Positions 21,493 through 33,893 of a stretch of DNA of 64,000 nt are shown here, one piece after another. The stretch is taken from positions 1,600,001 to 1,664,000 of the forward strand of contig CAXXLV010000002.1 of the NCBI GenBank assembly GCA_963664305.2. The letters are read 5' to 3'. How positions within the stretch are numbered: position 1 is the first letter of the stretch; each line of letters begins with the position of its first letter. The notes beneath the pieces are model-generated. The model saw nothing but the letters and a program-made list of their open reading frames with translations. It ran no database searches and was not told where the DNA came from. The translations under genes were made by a program, and so were the position numbers. The DNA is from an uncultured Aliarcobacter sp. GTDB lineage: Bacteria > Campylobacterota > Campylobacteria > Campylobacterales > Arcobacteraceae.

Positions 21493-21993
21493 ATGGCAAT
21501 AAAAGTAGTACCAAGATATGGAAAATCATTTAAAGATAAATTATACTTACCTGCAATTGCAGGAGGAATGAAAACAACTTTCAAACATTTCATAAAAAAT
21601 CTAAGTGATATTGATAATTTAAAAACTATGCAATATCCAGAAGTTCAACCAACTGATTTAAATGAAAGATATAGAGGTGTTCATAGGCTCACAAAATTTG
21701 ATGATGGAACAGAAAAATGTGTTGCTTGTTATATGTGTGCAACGGCATGTCCTGCTGAATGTATTTTTATTGAAGCAGAAGAGAGATTTGATGAACATAA
21801 TGAAAAAAGACCAAAAGAGTTTAAAATTGATTTATTAGAGTGTGTATTTTGTGGATATTGTGTTGAAGCTTGTCCATGTGATGCAATTAGAATGGATACA
21901 GGAATTTTTTCATTTACAGGTTCTAAAAGAGAAGATTTTGTTTTAGATAAAAAAGCTTTAATGGCTAATGAAAGAGCAAAGGATTTGGAATAA
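21493..21993 (+). CDS. nuoI: NADH-quinone oxidoreductase subunit I
   Basis: Two CxxCxxCxxxCP ferredoxin motifs. Confidence 0.96.
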   Translation: MAIKVVPRYGKSFKDKLYLPAIAGGMKTTFKHFIKNLSDIDNLKTMQYPEVQPTDLNERYRGVHRLTKFDDGTEKCVACYMCATACPAECIFIEAEERFDEHNEKRPKEFKIDLLECVFCGYCVEACPCDAIRMDTGIFSFTGSKREDFVLDKKALMANERAKDLE

Positions 21994-22511
21994 TGGCTGA
22001 TTTAATTTTTATTGCCTTAGCATTTTTTGCTATAACTGGGGCTATTGCTATGATTGTTTACCAAAGCCCAATGTATAGTGCACTTGGTGTTCTAGTTACA
22101 ATGATGAGTGTAGCTGGAATGTTCGCTCTTTTAAATGCAACTTTTTTATTTTTAGTTCAAATAATAGTTTATGCTGGAGCTATTATGACTTTAATTCTTT
22201 TTATTTTAATGTTTTTGAATATTAAAGATGAAGATTTACCAAATGAACCAAATAAATATAAATTAATTGCTCTTGGTGTTGCAATAATGATACCTTTAAA
22301 CATTCTAGTTTTAAAAGCTATTTCAAATCTTCCTTCAAAAGATTTATCAATAAGCAATAGTGATTTTGGGGCTATAAAACCTGTTGGATTAGAACTTTAT
22401 AATAATTGGATTATCTCTTTTGAATTAATCTCTATTTTACTTCTAATAGCTCTTGTAGGGTCAGTAGTTCTTGCAAAAAAAAGAAAATCTAAATTAGGTA
22501 AGGAGGATTGA
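21993..22511 (+). CDS. nuoJ: NADH-quinone oxidoreductase subunit J
   Basis: QIIVYAGAI, FELISILLL. Confidence 0.95.
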   Translation: MADLIFIALAFFAITGAIAMIVYQSPMYSALGVLVTMMSVAGMFALLNATFLFLVQIIVYAGAIMTLILFILMFLNIKDEDLPNEPNKYKLIALGVAIMIPLNILVLKAISNLPSKDLSISNSDFGAIKPVGLELYNNWIISFELISILLLIALVGSVVLAKKRKSKLGKED

Positions 22512-22513
22512 AC

Positions 22514-22828
22514 ATGATTTCACTTACATCTTATGCCTTTGTTTCAATGATGCTATTTTCAATTGGAGCAATTGGTGTAATATCAAGAAAAAATATCTTT
22601 GTTATTTATATGTCAATTGAAATGATGCTAAATGGAATTAACCTATTTTTAGTTACATTTGCAAGATATCATTTTAATTTAGATCCTCAAATAATTACAG
22701 TTATGGTTATATCTATTGCTGCTGCTGAAGCCGCTATATTTTTATCTGTAATAATTTTATTATACAGATCAAGAAAATCTCTTGATACAGATATTTTCAC
22801 AACTCTGTCACAAGGGGAAAAATCATGA
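22514..22828 (+). CDS. nuoK: NADH-quinone oxidoreductase subunit K
   Basis: MSIEMMLNG, IAAAEAA; ATG at 22514 preferred by RBS spacing. Confidence 0.95.
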   Translation: MISLTSYAFVSMMLFSIGAIGVISRKNIFVIYMSIEMMLNGINLFLVTFARYHFNLDPQIITVMVISIAAAEAAIFLSVIILLYRSRKSLDTDIFTTLSQGEKS

Positions 22829-24711
22829 CTACCTCTTTATTAGTTTGGATAATTTTAGCTCCATTATTAGGAGCAATAGCAAATGCTTTTTTATATTTTT
22901 ACCATATAAAAAAGCATAAAGTATCAGAAATTTATTTTGCATTAATAGGAACAATAACTCCTTTAATTTCATTTTTAATAACACTAAATTTATTTCTAAA
23001 AATGCTTGAAGAAAAGATTATATTTAAACAACATATTTTTACTTGGTTAAATGTAGAGAAATTAAATATTGAAATGAGTTTTTTAGGAGACAATCTTTCT
23101 ATATTTATGTCTATGTTTGTAACTTTTGTCGGTTGGTTAATCCATATTTATGCAATTGGTTATATGAAAAATGATGAAGGTTTTGGTAAATTTTTTGCTT
23201 ATTTCAACCTATTTTTAGCTTCAATGTTGATATTAGTTCTTGCTGATAATCCAATAATTTTATTTATTGGTTGGGAAGGTGTTGGAGTTTGTTCATATCT
23301 TTTAATCAAATTTTATTATGGTAAAAAAGAGAATGTACTTGCAGCAAATAAAGCATTTATTGTAAATAGAGTTGGAGATTTTGGTTTTTTACTTGGTGTT
23401 GTAACTCTATTTTTTGCATTAGGTCAAGTTGATTTATCATTTGGAACAATCGAAGCAAATATATCAAATGTTTCAAATGAATTACTAATAATCTCAGGAT
23501 TTTTACTTTTTGTAGGAGCAATGGGAAAATCAGCACAAATTCCACTTTATGTTTGGCTTCCTGATGCAATGGCCGGACCAACTCCTATTTCAGCTCTAAT
23601 TCACGCAGCAACAATGGTAACAGCCGGTGTATATATGGTTGCAAGATTTCATTTCTTATATGAAGGAATTGAAGAAATTGGATTATTTATAGCTTATATT
23701 GGAGCATTTTCAGCTTTACTTGCAGCAATTATAGCTACACGTCAAACTGATATCAAAAAAATCCTTGCATATTCAACTATGAGTCAATTAGGTTATATGT
23801 TTATTGCTGTTGGACTTGGTTTTTATTCAACTGGATTATTTCATGTTTTCACACATGCTTTCTTTAAAGCTATGTTATTCATGGGAGCGGGAGGAATTAT
23901 AATCGCCCTTCACCATGAACAAAATATTTTCAAAATTGCACAACATAGAGCAAATCTTCCAATTATTGGTTTTACATTTTTAATAGGTGTAATTGCAATT
24001 TCTGGAATTCCTCCTTTTTCTGGATTTTTCTCAAAAGATGCAATTTTAGCAGCAGCATTCCAAGAAGGACAATATTTAATTTGGGCTATTGCACTGTTTA
24101 CTGCATTTTTAACAGCATATTATATGTTTAGAATGTATTTTATTGTTTTTGTTGCACCAAATCATCATAATGAATCTTATGTTTATACATCAAAAACAAT
24201 TACTATTCCTCTACTAATTCTAGCTATTGGTGCTATAGGAGCTGGATTTTTAAATCTTCCTGCAATTTTTGGAGGAAATCATTTTGTTGATACTTGGCTT
24301 TCTCAACTTCATTCTAAACACATTCACATGGACCATATAACTGAATATGTATTAATGGCTTTATCTGTTATTGTTGCAGCTACAGGTATTATGGCAGCAT
24401 ACGTTAAATATGCAAATTTTGATTTATCTAAACCTGAAAATGAAACTGGATTTATTGGTAATAAATTTTATATTGATGAAATTTATGATTCACTATTTGT
24501 TCAACCAACAAAAGCAATATCAACATTTATAGATAAAATTATTGATGATAAAATCATTGATGCAATTATCATGAACTCTTCAACAACATTTGTAAATATT
24601 GGTAAAAAAGTTGCAATGATGCAAAATGCAAATGTTAGATTTTATGCTGCATTTATGTTAGTTGGTATGACTTGCATTTTTGTATATTTATATATTACAC
24701 TAGGATTATAG
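22825..24711 (+). CDS. nuoL: NADH-quinone oxidoreductase subunit L
   Basis: GKSAQIPLYVWLPDAMAGPTPISALIHAATMV. Confidence 0.97.
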   Translation: MTTSLLVWIILAPLLGAIANAFLYFYHIKKHKVSEIYFALIGTITPLISFLITLNLFLKMLEEKIIFKQHIFTWLNVEKLNIEMSFLGDNLSIFMSMFVTFVGWLIHIYAIGYMKNDEGFGKFFAYFNLFLASMLILVLADNPIILFIGWEGVGVCSYLLIKFYYGKKENVLAANKAFIVNRVGDFGFLLGVVTLFFALGQVDLSFGTIEANISNVSNELLIISGFLLFVGAMGKSAQIPLYVWLPDAMAGPTPISALIHAATMVTAGVYMVARFHFLYEGIEEIGLFIAYIGAFSALLAAIIATRQTDIKKILAYSTMSQLGYMFIAVGLGFYSTGLFHVFTHAFFKAMLFMGAGGIIIALHHEQNIFKIAQHRANLPIIGFTFLIGVIAISGIPPFSGFFSKDAILAAAFQEGQYLIWAIALFTAFLTAYYMFRMYFIVFVAPNHHNESYVYTSKTITIPLLILAIGAIGAGFLNLPAIFGGNHFVDTWLSQLHSKHIHMDHITEYVLMALSVIVAATGIMAAYVKYANFDLSKPENETGFIGNKFYIDEIYDSLFVQPTKAISTFIDKIIDDKIIDAIIMNSSTTFVNIGKKVAMMQNANVRFYAAFMLVGMTCIFVYLYITLGL

Positions 24712-24712
24712 T

Positions 24713-26200
24713 ATGAGTCCAGATATACTTTCATTTATTATATTTTTACCTGCAGTTGTTGCTTTTGGTTTGATGATAACAACAAGAGATATTAATACAA
24801 TTAGAAATATAGCTTTTTTAACTACAACTGTTATTCTAGCACTTGTTCTAAAAATTTATATAGAATTTGAACCAAGTTCAGGTATGCAATTTTTAACAAA
24901 CGTACCTTGGATTGAAAGTTATGGAATCAATTATTATGTTGGATTAGATGGGTTTTCTCTTACAATTTTAATGATGATTGCTATTTTAATACCAACTTCT
25001 TATTTACTTTTATGGGAAGGAAAAACTAAAGGTTATTGGATAAATATGCTTTTAGTTCAAACGGGTGTAACTGGTGCTGTTCTAGCTTTAGATGTTGTTC
25101 TATTTTACTTCTTTTGGGAAGTTATGCTTTTACCAGTTTTTTTACTAATTGGACAATATGGTTTTGGTAATAGAGTTTTTACAACTATTAAAGTAACTGT
25201 TTACACAATGGTTGGTTCACTTTTAATGTTTATTGCTATTTTATATCTTGGAGTTTCATATCACAATGAATTTGGAACTTGGTCTTTTGCATATGATAAA
25301 TTAATGACAATTACAACTATTGAATATAATACTAAAGTATGGTTATTTTTGGCCTTTTTAGCGGCTTTTGCAATCAAAATTCCAATTTTCCCTCTTCATA
25401 CTTGGATTATGGAAACATATAAAAATGCCCCTACTGGTGCAGTATTTTTACTATCTTCGATTATGGCAAAACTTGGAGTTTATGCAATAGTAAGATTTAT
25501 GATTCCAATATTTCCAGATATTTATGTTGAATTTTCAACTTGGTTTGTTGCAGTTGGTTTATTTGGATTGATTTATTTTGGAATAGCTGCACTTATGCAA
25601 GATGACATAAAAAGAATGTTTGCATACTCATCAGCTTCACATCTTAGTTTTATATCTGCTGGTATTTTTTCCTTAAATTCTTATGGTATAAATGGAGCTT
25701 TATATCTAATAATTGCCCATGCTATTGCGACGGGAGCCCTATTTTTATTAGTTGGATTATTACAAGAACAAACAGGATTTAAAACAATCAAAGACTTAGG
25801 TGGAATTGCAAAAAAAGCTCCAATATTTACTTTTATTTTTGCTGTTATGTTATTTGCAAATGTAGGACTTCCAGGAACAAATGGTTTTGTTTCAGAACTA
25901 CTTATAATTTTTGGAATTTATGAATTTAACACATCTTTAGGATATGTAGCTGCACTTACAGTTATAATTGGAGCTTCTTATATGTTATGGATGTTTCAAA
26001 GAGCAATTTTACAAGATAGACCAGAAGGTTCAAAAGAACTTGTAATGAGAGATTTAAAAATTAAAGAAATCATAGGTTTAATTCCATGGGTTATTCTTGT
26101 ATTTTTAATGGGTCTTTATCCAGAAATTTTTATGAATAAATTTGAACCAACAGTAACTCACTACTTAAATGACATCTTACATATTGGAGTAGCAAAATGA
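24713..26200 (+). CDS. nuoM: NADH-quinone oxidoreductase subunit M
   Basis: [27 protein letters not shown]. Confidence 0.96.
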   Translation: MSPDILSFIIFLPAVVAFGLMITTRDINTIRNIAFLTTTVILALVLKIYIEFEPSSGMQFLTNVPWIESYGINYYVGLDGFSLTILMMIAILIPTSYLLLWEGKTKGYWINMLLVQTGVTGAVLALDVVLFYFFWEVMLLPVFLLIGQYGFGNRVFTTIKVTVYTMVGSLLMFIAILYLGVSYHNEFGTWSFAYDKLMTITTIEYNTKVWLFLAFLAAFAIKIPIFPLHTWIMETYKNAPTGAVFLLSSIMAKLGVYAIVRFMIPIFPDIYVEFSTWFVAVGLFGLIYFGIAALMQDDIKRMFAYSSASHLSFISAGIFSLNSYGINGALYLIIAHAIATGALFLLVGLLQEQTGFKTIKDLGGIAKKAPIFTFIFAVMLFANVGLPGTNGFVSELLIIFGIYEFNTSLGYVAALTVIIGASYMLWMFQRAILQDRPEGSKELVMRDLKIKEIIGLIPWVILVFLMGLYPEIFMNKFEPTVTHYLNDILHIGVAK

Positions 26201-27717
26201 ATCAATTTTTCTATTTAATTCCAAGTTTAACTATCTTACTTGGTGCTATGGTTCTTATGTTTATGAGTATGTATGAAAAATTTAGTGTAAAAAATTTTAT
26301 TGTTGTTTCATCAGCTTTTTTAATTGTTGCATTAGGATTTACATTAGTAAATATAAATAGTTCATATTCTGTTCAACCTTATCCAGAATTTTTAAATAAT
26401 GTTTTAACATTTGATACTTTTTCAAACTTTTTTAACATTTTATTAATTGCAGGTACATTACTTACTTTACTAATTGGTGAACACTATTTCCAACATAGAA
26501 GTTATTTTAAGGGTGAATTCTTCTCTTTATTACTTTTTGCTTTATTTGGAATGATGCTTTTAGCTCACTCAAACGAATTAGTTACTGCATATATTGCACT
26601 AGAAATTGCTTCTTTTTCTGTTTATATCATGGTTGGATATAACTCTGATGACACAAAAAGAGTTGAAGCTATTTTTAAATATTTAGTTTTAGGTTCATTT
26701 ATTGGAGCATTTTATCTTTTAGGTGTAGTTTTAATTTTTGGTGCAACAACAAGCACTAATTTAGCAGATATTTTAGTATTTTTAAATAATGCAGATTCAC
26801 AAAGTATGGTTTTAGTATATATAGGATTTACTCTTATTTTATTTACATTCCTATTTAAAATTGCAGCTTTCCCTTTCCAATCTTGGTTATTGGATGTTTA
26901 TAGGGGTGCACCTATGATTATCACTGCTTATATGGCATCTACATTTAAAATTGCTATTTTTTCATTCTTTTTAAGAATGATATTAAGTTATATCTCACCA
27001 ATCATTGATTTCTGGGATACGATTTTGTCTGTAATTATAATTTTTACTTTAGTATTTGGAACATGGTTAGCAATTACTCAAGAAATTGTAAAAAGAATGT
27101 TAGCTGCATCATCAATTGTACATACGGGATATTTACTTTTAGCTTTTATTGCATTAGGATACAAAGAGAATCATCTAATAAATATTGATTCTGCGTATGC
27201 AATTATGTTCTACTTAATAGCATATTTATTATCTGCATTAGGTGCATTTGGATTAGCTTCACATATTATTTCAGAAACAAACGTTAAAGTTACATACGAT
27301 GATTTTAAAGGTTTAGCAAAACAAAGACCTTTTTTAGCTGCAATGATGACAATATTTTTATTTTCACTTGCAGGAATACCTTCAACAATAGGATTTATAG
27401 GTAAATTTTATGTATTTACAGAAGCTATAAATGCTGGATATACAGTTCTAACTATCATTGCAATAATTGCAACTATTGTTTCTGTTTATTACTATTTTAA
27501 ACTTATTGCAATGATGTATTTTTATCCTTCAGTTCACTATATTGAAACAGAAGAATTTAATGATAAAAGAGTTTCAACTTATGCAATTGCATTTGTTGCT
27601 ATATTAACTGTTTTAGGTGGTATTGGTTCAGCAATTGTATTTTTTATTCCTGCAATGAACATTGATGCAATCATTAATTTAACACAATTATCTGTTCAGT
27701 CATTATTTATAAAATAG
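26197..27717 (+). CDS. nuoN: NADH-quinone oxidoreductase subunit N
   Basis: [32 protein letters not shown]. Confidence 0.95.
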   Translation: MNQFFYLIPSLTILLGAMVLMFMSMYEKFSVKNFIVVSSAFLIVALGFTLVNINSSYSVQPYPEFLNNVLTFDTFSNFFNILLIAGTLLTLLIGEHYFQHRSYFKGEFFSLLLFALFGMMLLAHSNELVTAYIALEIASFSVYIMVGYNSDDTKRVEAIFKYLVLGSFIGAFYLLGVVLIFGATTSTNLADILVFLNNADSQSMVLVYIGFTLILFTFLFKIAAFPFQSWLLDVYRGAPMIITAYMASTFKIAIFSFFLRMILSYISPIIDFWDTILSVIIIFTLVFGTWLAITQEIVKRMLAASSIVHTGYLLLAFIALGYKENHLINIDSAYAIMFYLIAYLLSALGAFGLASHIISETNVKVTYDDFKGLAKQRPFLAAMMTIFLFSLAGIPSTIGFIGKFYVFTEAINAGYTVLTIIAIIATIVSVYYYFKLIAMMYFYPSVHYIETEEFNDKRVSTYAIAFVAILTVLGGIGSAIVFFIPAMNIDAIINLTQLSVQSLFIK

Positions 27718-27784
27718 TTTGTGTTAATTAGTAACATCACTACTTTAAATCTATCAAATAATTTGTCTATCTCTATCCAATAAT

Positions 27785-27806
27785 AAATCCCTTTAAAAGG
27801 GATTTT
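27785..27806 (+). terminator. Probable Rho-independent terminator after nuoN
   Basis: AAATCCCT-ttaaa-AGGGATTT hairpin. Confidence 0.6.
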
Positions 27807-27824
27807 GTAACCAAATTGTAACCA
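27805..27824. promoter_or_regulatory. Tandem direct repeat TTGTAACCA-N2-TTGTAACCA upstream of frdC (candidate response-regulator site)
   Basis: Identical 9-mers at 27805-27813 and 27816-27824, 11-bp period. Confidence 0.45.
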
Positions 27825-27928
27825 TAAAACCTATTAATTTATCAAACAAAATAAAGATATTTGAAGAAGATTTAAGCTATTATTTTGCTATTATTCAAAA
27901 AAAATCTAAATCGCAGAAAGGATAGCAA

Positions 27929-28729
27929 ATGAGTGACCTAATAGAAGGTTATTTAGGAAAAACAGTTGAAGGGAAGAAAAGTAGATTACCTGCAAAACTT
28001 GATTTTATGCAAAGTTTTACTGGTGGTTTCTTAGCTTTATTTATGTGGGCACATATGTTGTTAGTATCATCGATACTAGTTTCAAAAGATTTTATGTACA
28101 CAGTAACAAAACTTTTAGAGGGAAGTTTCATATTTGAGGGAGGAAATCCTTTATTAGTTACTCTTGTTGCTGCTGTTATATTTGTAATTTTTATTGTTCA
28201 TGCTGCACTTGGTATGAGAAAATTACCTGGTAACTTTAAACAGTATCAAGTTATGAAAGCTCATTCTAACAGTATGGGACATGATGATACAAAACTTTGG
28301 TTTATTCAAGCATTCACAGGTTTTGCAATGTTCTTCTTAGGTTCAGTTCACTTATATATCATTATGACTAATTCAGCTGATATTGGACCATACGAAAGTT
28401 CAGATAGAATCTGGTCTGAGTGGATGTGGCCTTTATACATTCTTTTATTATTAGCAGTTGAATTCCATGGAACAATTGGTCTTTATAGATTATGTGTTAA
28501 ATGGGGATGGTTTGACGGAGAAAATCCAAAAGCTACAAGAAAAGCACTTAAAAAAGTTAAATGGGCTTTAACTGTATTCTTCTTAGTATTAGGATTCGCT
28601 TCATTAGCTGCTTATATGAAAATTGGTATGGAAAATGCTAAAAATGGAACAGTTGGACAAAAATATACTCCTACAGCAAAAGTTATGGAGTTAAATATTT
28701 CAAATAAAAATGTTGGGAGAATTGCATAA
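27929..28729 (+). CDS. frdC: Fumarate reductase diheme cytochrome b subunit
   Basis: [10 protein letters not shown], five TMs with His heme ligands, precedes frdA. Confidence 0.95.
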   Translation: MSDLIEGYLGKTVEGKKSRLPAKLDFMQSFTGGFLALFMWAHMLLVSSILVSKDFMYTVTKLLEGSFIFEGGNPLLVTLVAAVIFVIFIVHAALGMRKLPGNFKQYQVMKAHSNSMGHDDTKLWFIQAFTGFAMFFLGSVHLYIIMTNSADIGPYESSDRIWSEWMWPLYILLLLAVEFHGTIGLYRLCVKWGWFDGENPKATRKALKKVKWALTVFFLVLGFASLAAYMKIGMENAKNGTVGQKYTPTAKVMELNISNKNVGRIA

Positions 28730-30714
28730 TGAAAATTAATTACTGTGATGCATTAGTTATTGGTGGAGGATTAGCAGGTTTAAGAGCTGCTGTTGCTGCA
28801 CAAAAAAAGGGATTAAGTACTACAGTTTTATCTTTAGTACCTGTTAAAAGATCACACTCTGCTGCTGCTCAAGGTGGTATGCAAGCTTCATTAGGTAACT
28901 CAAAAATGTCTGATGGTGATAATGAGGATTTACACTTTGCTGATACTGTAAAAGGTTCAGACTGGGGATGTGACCAAATTGTTGCTAGAATGTTCGTTCA
29001 CACTGCACCAAAAGCTATTAGAGAATTAGCATCTTGGGGGGTACCTTGGTCTAGAGTTAAAGCTGGAACAAGAGAAGCAGTTATCAATGCTAAAAAAACA
29101 ACAATTACAGAAGATGAAGATAGACATGGATTAATTACATCAAGAGACTTTGGTGGAACTAAAAAATGGAGAACTTGTTATACAGCTGATGCAACAGGAC
29201 ATACAATGTTATTTGGTGTTGCAAATGAAGCTTTAAAACACAATGTTGATATTAGAGATAGAAAAGAAGCTTTATCTATTATTCACGAAGGTGGAAGATG
29301 TTATGGAGCAGTTGTAAGAGATTTAATTACTGGTGAATTAGAAGCTTACGTTGCTAAAGGTACATGTATCGCTACTGGTGGATATGGAAGAGTATTTAAA
29401 CAAACTACAAATGCTGTAATTTGTGAAGGTACAGGTGCAGCTATTGCTCTTGAAACTGGAATTGCTACTTTAGGAAATATGGAAGCAGTTCAATTCCACC
29501 CAACTCCAATCGTTCCTTCAGGAATTCTTTTAACAGAAGGTTGTAGAGGAGATGGTGGAATCTTAAGAGACGTTGATGGTCACAGATTTATGCCAGATTA
29601 CGAGCCAGAGAAAAAAGAACTTGCTTCAAGAGACGTTGTTTCTAGAAGAATGATTGAGCATATTAGAAATGGTAAAGGTGTTCCTTCTCCATACGGATAT
29701 CACGTATGGTTAGATATTTCTATCTTAGGTAGAGAGCATATTGAAAGAAACTTAAGAGACGTTCAAGAAATTTGTATGATTTTCAACGGTATCGATCCAG
29801 CTGATGAAGGTAGAAAAGGATGGGCTCCAGTTCTTCCAATGCAACACTACTCAATGGGTGGAATTAGAACTAAACCAACTGGTGAATCACAAAACTTAAA
29901 TGGTTTATTTGCTTGTGGTGAAGCTGCTTGTTGGGATATGCATGGATTTAACAGACTTGGAGGAAACTCTGTTTCTGAAACAGTTGTTGCTGGTATGATT
30001 ATTGGTAACTATTTTGCTGATTATTGTTTAGCAAATGATGTAACAATTCCTACTTCAACAGTTCAAAAATTCATTGATAAACAAGACAAATATTTAGATG
30101 AAATTTTAGCTTACAATGGAAGCGAAGATATCTTCAAAATTAAAAATAGAATGCAAAACTTAATGGATGAAAAAGTTGGTATCTTTAGAGATGGTGTTAA
30201 CTTAGAAGCAGCTGTTAATGAATTAGAAGATTTATTAAAGAAAACAAAACAAATTAATGTTAAATCTAAAGAAAGAGCTGGAAACCCAGAATTAGAAGAA
30301 GCATATAGAGTTCCAAAAATGTTAAAAGTAGCACTTTGTGTTGCTAAAGGTGCATTACAAAGAACAGAATCTAGAGGTGCTCACTATAGAGAAGATTACT
30401 TAAAAAGAGATGATGCTAACTGGTTAAATAGAACATTAACTTCTTGGCCTGATGAAAATCAAACAACTCCAACAGTATCTTATGAGCCATTAGATATTAT
30501 GACTATGGAATTACCTCCAGCATTTAGAGGATATGGTGCAAAAGGTATGATTATAGAACATCCAGATTCAGAAAAAAGACAAGCAATTGTTGATGAAGTA
30601 ACAGAAAAAATGCAAGCTGAAGGTAAAGATAGACATGAAATCCAAGATGCATTAATGCCATTTAGCTTACCAATGAATTATAGAGAGAAAAACGAAAGAG
30701 CAGGAGATTTATAA
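28729..30714 (+). CDS. frdA: Fumarate reductase flavoprotein subunit
   Basis: [40 protein letters not shown]. Confidence 0.98.
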   Translation: MKINYCDALVIGGGLAGLRAAVAAQKKGLSTTVLSLVPVKRSHSAAAQGGMQASLGNSKMSDGDNEDLHFADTVKGSDWGCDQIVARMFVHTAPKAIRELASWGVPWSRVKAGTREAVINAKKTTITEDEDRHGLITSRDFGGTKKWRTCYTADATGHTMLFGVANEALKHNVDIRDRKEALSIIHEGGRCYGAVVRDLITGELEAYVAKGTCIATGGYGRVFKQTTNAVICEGTGAAIALETGIATLGNMEAVQFHPTPIVPSGILLTEGCRGDGGILRDVDGHRFMPDYEPEKKELASRDVVSRRMIEHIRNGKGVPSPYGYHVWLDISILGREHIERNLRDVQEICMIFNGIDPADEGRKGWAPVLPMQHYSMGGIRTKPTGESQNLNGLFACGEAACWDMHGFNRLGGNSVSETVVAGMIIGNYFADYCLANDVTIPTSTVQKFIDKQDKYLDEILAYNGSEDIFKIKNRMQNLMDEKVGIFRDGVNLEAAVNELEDLLKKTKQINVKSKERAGNPELEEAYRVPKMLKVALCVAKGALQRTESRGAHYREDYLKRDDANWLNRTLTSWPDENQTTPTVSYEPLDIMTMELPPAFRGYGAKGMIIEHPDSEKRQAIVDEVTEKMQAEGKDRHEIQDALMPFSLPMNYREKNERAGDL

Positions 30715-31445
30715 TGAGTATTGAAAAAGGTAGAGAAATAACTATTTCAGTTCTAAAATTCAATCCAAGAAGTAAGGTTTCTAAACCTCACTTTGTTGAG
30801 TACAAATTAGAAGAGACTCCTGGGATGACTCTTTTCATTGCATTAATGAAAATCAGAGAAACTTTAGATCCAGATTTATCTTTTGATTTCGTTTGTAGAG
30901 CTGGTATTTGTGGAAGTTGTGGTATGGTTGTAAATGGTAAACCATCTTTAGCTTGTAGAACATTAATTGCTAACTATCCAACAGGAAAATTACAATTAAT
31001 GCCTATGCCTGCATTTGAATTAATCAAAGATTTATCTGTAAATACAGGTAAATGGATGGATGCAATGTCTAAAAGAGTTCAATCTTGGATTGTAACAAAT
31101 GAAGAAACAGACATTACAAAAATGGAAGAAAGAATTGATCCAGATGTTGCAAATGATACATTCGAATTAGATAGATGTATTGAGTGTGGTATTTGTGTTG
31201 CTTCTTGTGGAACAATGTTAATGAGACCTAACTTCGTTGGACCTGTTGGATTAAATAGAGTTGCAAGATTTGAAGTTGACCCACATGACAAAAGAACTGC
31301 TGAAGATTTCTATGAATTAATCGGTGATGATGATGGAATCTTTGGTTGTATGTCTTTAATGGCTTGCGAAGACCATTGTCCAAAACACTTACCATTACAA
31401 AACAAAATTGCTTACTTAAGAAGAAAATTAGTAGCACTTAGATAA
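30714..31445 (+). CDS. frdB: Fumarate reductase iron-sulfur subunit
   Basis: [32 protein letters not shown]. Confidence 0.97.
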   Translation: MSIEKGREITISVLKFNPRSKVSKPHFVEYKLEETPGMTLFIALMKIRETLDPDLSFDFVCRAGICGSCGMVVNGKPSLACRTLIANYPTGKLQLMPMPAFELIKDLSVNTGKWMDAMSKRVQSWIVTNEETDITKMEERIDPDVANDTFELDRCIECGICVASCGTMLMRPNFVGPVGLNRVARFEVDPHDKRTAEDFYELIGDDDGIFGCMSLMACEDHCPKHLPLQNKIAYLRRKLVALR

Positions 31446-31449
31446 TTAT

Positions 31450-31472
31450 TACGAAGGATTTACTCCTTCGTA
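31450..31472 (+). terminator. Hairpin after frdB, probable terminator
   Basis: TACGAAGGA-tttac-TCCTTCGTA 9-bp stem. Confidence 0.65.
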
Positions 31473-31477
31473 AATAA

Positions 31478-31529
31478 AAAAATATAAAAAGTTAAATATC
31501 ATTAGTGATATTTAACTTTTTATATTTTT
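31478..31529. repeat. Perfect 24-bp inverted repeat with 4-nt loop
   Basis: 31478-31501 is the exact reverse complement of 31506-31529. Confidence 0.9.
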
Positions 31530-31541
31530 GGGAGATTAAAA

Positions 31542-33893
31542 ATGAGTTTAGTAAATGACTACTTTTTATTATATCACGGTATCACATTTGAACAAAATTT
31601 AGATGTAGAGCCAATAGAAGCAACTATAAATGAGGAAACATTTACTATATTTGCTTTAATTATAAGTGCAACGAGAAAAAATTACGATAAATTTTTACCA
31701 CTTACATCATTTAAAACATTATGTCAACAAATAAAAGTAAAAAGTCCTTCTAACTTAAATGAATTAAACCATTTACAACATAACATTATAGAGACTATCT
31801 TACAAAATAAATCTAAACAAAATATAAATGTTTTACACTCTTCTTTTGAATATTTAAAAAATGAAAATATTATAAATAGTGAACATTATAATAAACTATT
31901 ATCTTTATTTGAATACAAAGAATTAGATTTAATTGAAGAACAAACTCATAATCAAGTTGAAAAAATTGATGATGAAAATAAATCATCATTTAAAGATTTA
32001 AAAGCTACTTTAGAAAATTTAATATCTGAACTAAAAAATGACATCTCAAATAAAGAGATACTTGAAGAACTTTCAAATACAAAAAATTATCTAGATAATC
32101 AAAAATTCTCAATCGGAATTACTGGTGTTATGAATGCTGGTAAATCTACAATGCTTAACGCTCTAATGGGAAGAGAAATTCTTGGAAGTGCAGTTGTTCC
32201 AGAAACTGCAAACTTAACAATTGTAAAACACAATCCAACTGATACAGCAAAAGTTTATTATTGGAATCAACAAGAGTGGGATAGAATTGTAAAATCAGCA
32301 GAACAACTTGAATCAATGAAAGATTTTGTTAATGAAACAAATAAAATCTTTGGAGAGAATTTAAAAAACTATATAAGACCTGTTTCGAGATTTGATGAAG
32401 TTGATATTAAAGATTTATCTTCATATACTTCAGCAGAAGCTAGCGGAAAAAAATGTAATCTTGTAAAATATGTAGAATTAGGTTCTCAACTTGATTTCTT
32501 AAGTGATGGAATTGAAATAGTTGACACACCAGGACTTGATGACCCTGTTATTCAAAGAGAAGAGATAACAAAAGAGTATATCAGTCAATGTGATATGATG
32601 TTACACCTAATGAATGTATCTCAAAGTGCAACTCTAAAAGATGTTGATTTTATCATTGATGCTGTTTTATATCAAAATATTTCAAAACTTTTAATTGTAA
32701 TTACACGTGCAGATACAGTTACAAAAGAACAACTTGATGAAGTTATTAAATATACTAAATCATCAATTGAAAAACAGTTAAAAGCTCAAAATAAAGATTC
32801 TCAATTAGATTACATATTAAAAACTATTAAATTCATTCCTATTTCTGGAAGAATGGCTCTATTACATAGAACTGGTCGAGCACAAGAGGCATTAGATGCT
32901 GGATTTACTTTAGAGCAAACTGGTATTTTAGAAATTGAAAAATATTTAACTGAAACACTTTTTGGAACAAATTCTCAAAAAGGTGAACTTGTAATTCAAT
33001 CTTCTAAAAATCAATTACAAAAAATTATTGAGAAACAAACATCTTTTTACAACTATGAATTAAAACTTTTATCAAAATCAAAAGATGAATTAGAAAAAGA
33101 GCTAGAAGAGTTTAACAAGAAAAAAGCTGTAAATACAAGAATTTTCCAAGCAATGAGTGAAGATATTAATTTCTATAAAAATGATGCAAAATCATATATT
33201 GACTCACTTGAAACTTTTTTACAAAGTGAATTAATTGACTTACAAACAGTTATAAAACAAAGAGTTGTAAGTGATGTTAGATACTCTTTTGAAAAAACTA
33301 AAAAAAGACCAGAAAATAGTAGAATCAAAGTTATTGTTGAAACAGCAATAAAAGATGGAATTATTGATGTAATTAGAGATTATAGATATAAATTTATCAA
33401 AAAATCTCAAACTATTGGTGAGCAATGTGAACAAAAATACCATGATATGGGATTTACAATTGGTCATAAGAATGAGAACTTTGATGCAAGAGGATTTTTC
33501 CAAGATGACTTCAAATCAGGATTTTTAACTTCAAATAATGAAGTTTTAATTTCTCAAATAACTGAAGCTGTTTCAAAATCAAAAGAATCAAAAATAAATG
33601 AATTAGATAGAGAAATTGAAGGATTAATTTCAAATCAATTTACTTCTATTGAAGAAGATATAAAATCAAAAGCTAAAAAAGTTAGTACATTACTGATTGA
33701 TTCTTTCTTCAAAACTTTAAATGCTCCATTAAAATCATTTGAACAAAAACTTAAAAATGATGAAGAAACACTTCAAAATCAAATCAATTCATTTGAAGAA
33801 AATGACAAAAATAGAGCTCAATTATCAATTGATATACATAAAAACATTAAAAAACTTGAAAATATTTCAACAACTATTAAAGGATTATACTAA
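31542..33893 (+). CDS. Bacterial dynamin-like GTPase 1
   Basis: GVMNAGKST (G1), PET (G2), DTPG (G3), TRAD (G4), long helical C-terminus. Confidence 0.88.
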   Translation: MSLVNDYFLLYHGITFEQNLDVEPIEATINEETFTIFALIISATRKNYDKFLPLTSFKTLCQQIKVKSPSNLNELNHLQHNIIETILQNKSKQNINVLHSSFEYLKNENIINSEHYNKLLSLFEYKELDLIEEQTHNQVEKIDDENKSSFKDLKATLENLISELKNDISNKEILEELSNTKNYLDNQKFSIGITGVMNAGKSTMLNALMGREILGSAVVPETANLTIVKHNPTDTAKVYYWNQQEWDRIVKSAEQLESMKDFVNETNKIFGENLKNYIRPVSRFDEVDIKDLSSYTSAEASGKKCNLVKYVELGSQLDFLSDGIEIVDTPGLDDPVIQREEITKEYISQCDMMLHLMNVSQSATLKDVDFIIDAVLYQNISKLLIVITRADTVTKEQLDEVIKYTKSSIEKQLKAQNKDSQLDYILKTIKFIPISGRMALLHRTGRAQEALDAGFTLEQTGILEIEKYLTETLFGTNSQKGELVIQSSKNQLQKIIEKQTSFYNYELKLLSKSKDELEKELEEFNKKKAVNTRIFQAMSEDINFYKNDAKSYIDSLETFLQSELIDLQTVIKQRVVSDVRYSFEKTKKRPENSRIKVIVETAIKDGIIDVIRDYRYKFIKKSQTIGEQCEQKYHDMGFTIGHKNENFDARGFFQDDFKSGFLTSNNEVLISQITEAVSKSKESKINELDREIEGLISNQFTSIEEDIKSKAKKVSTLLIDSFFKTLNAPLKSFEQKLKNDEETLQNQINSFEENDKNRAQLSIDIHKNIKKLENISTTIKGLY

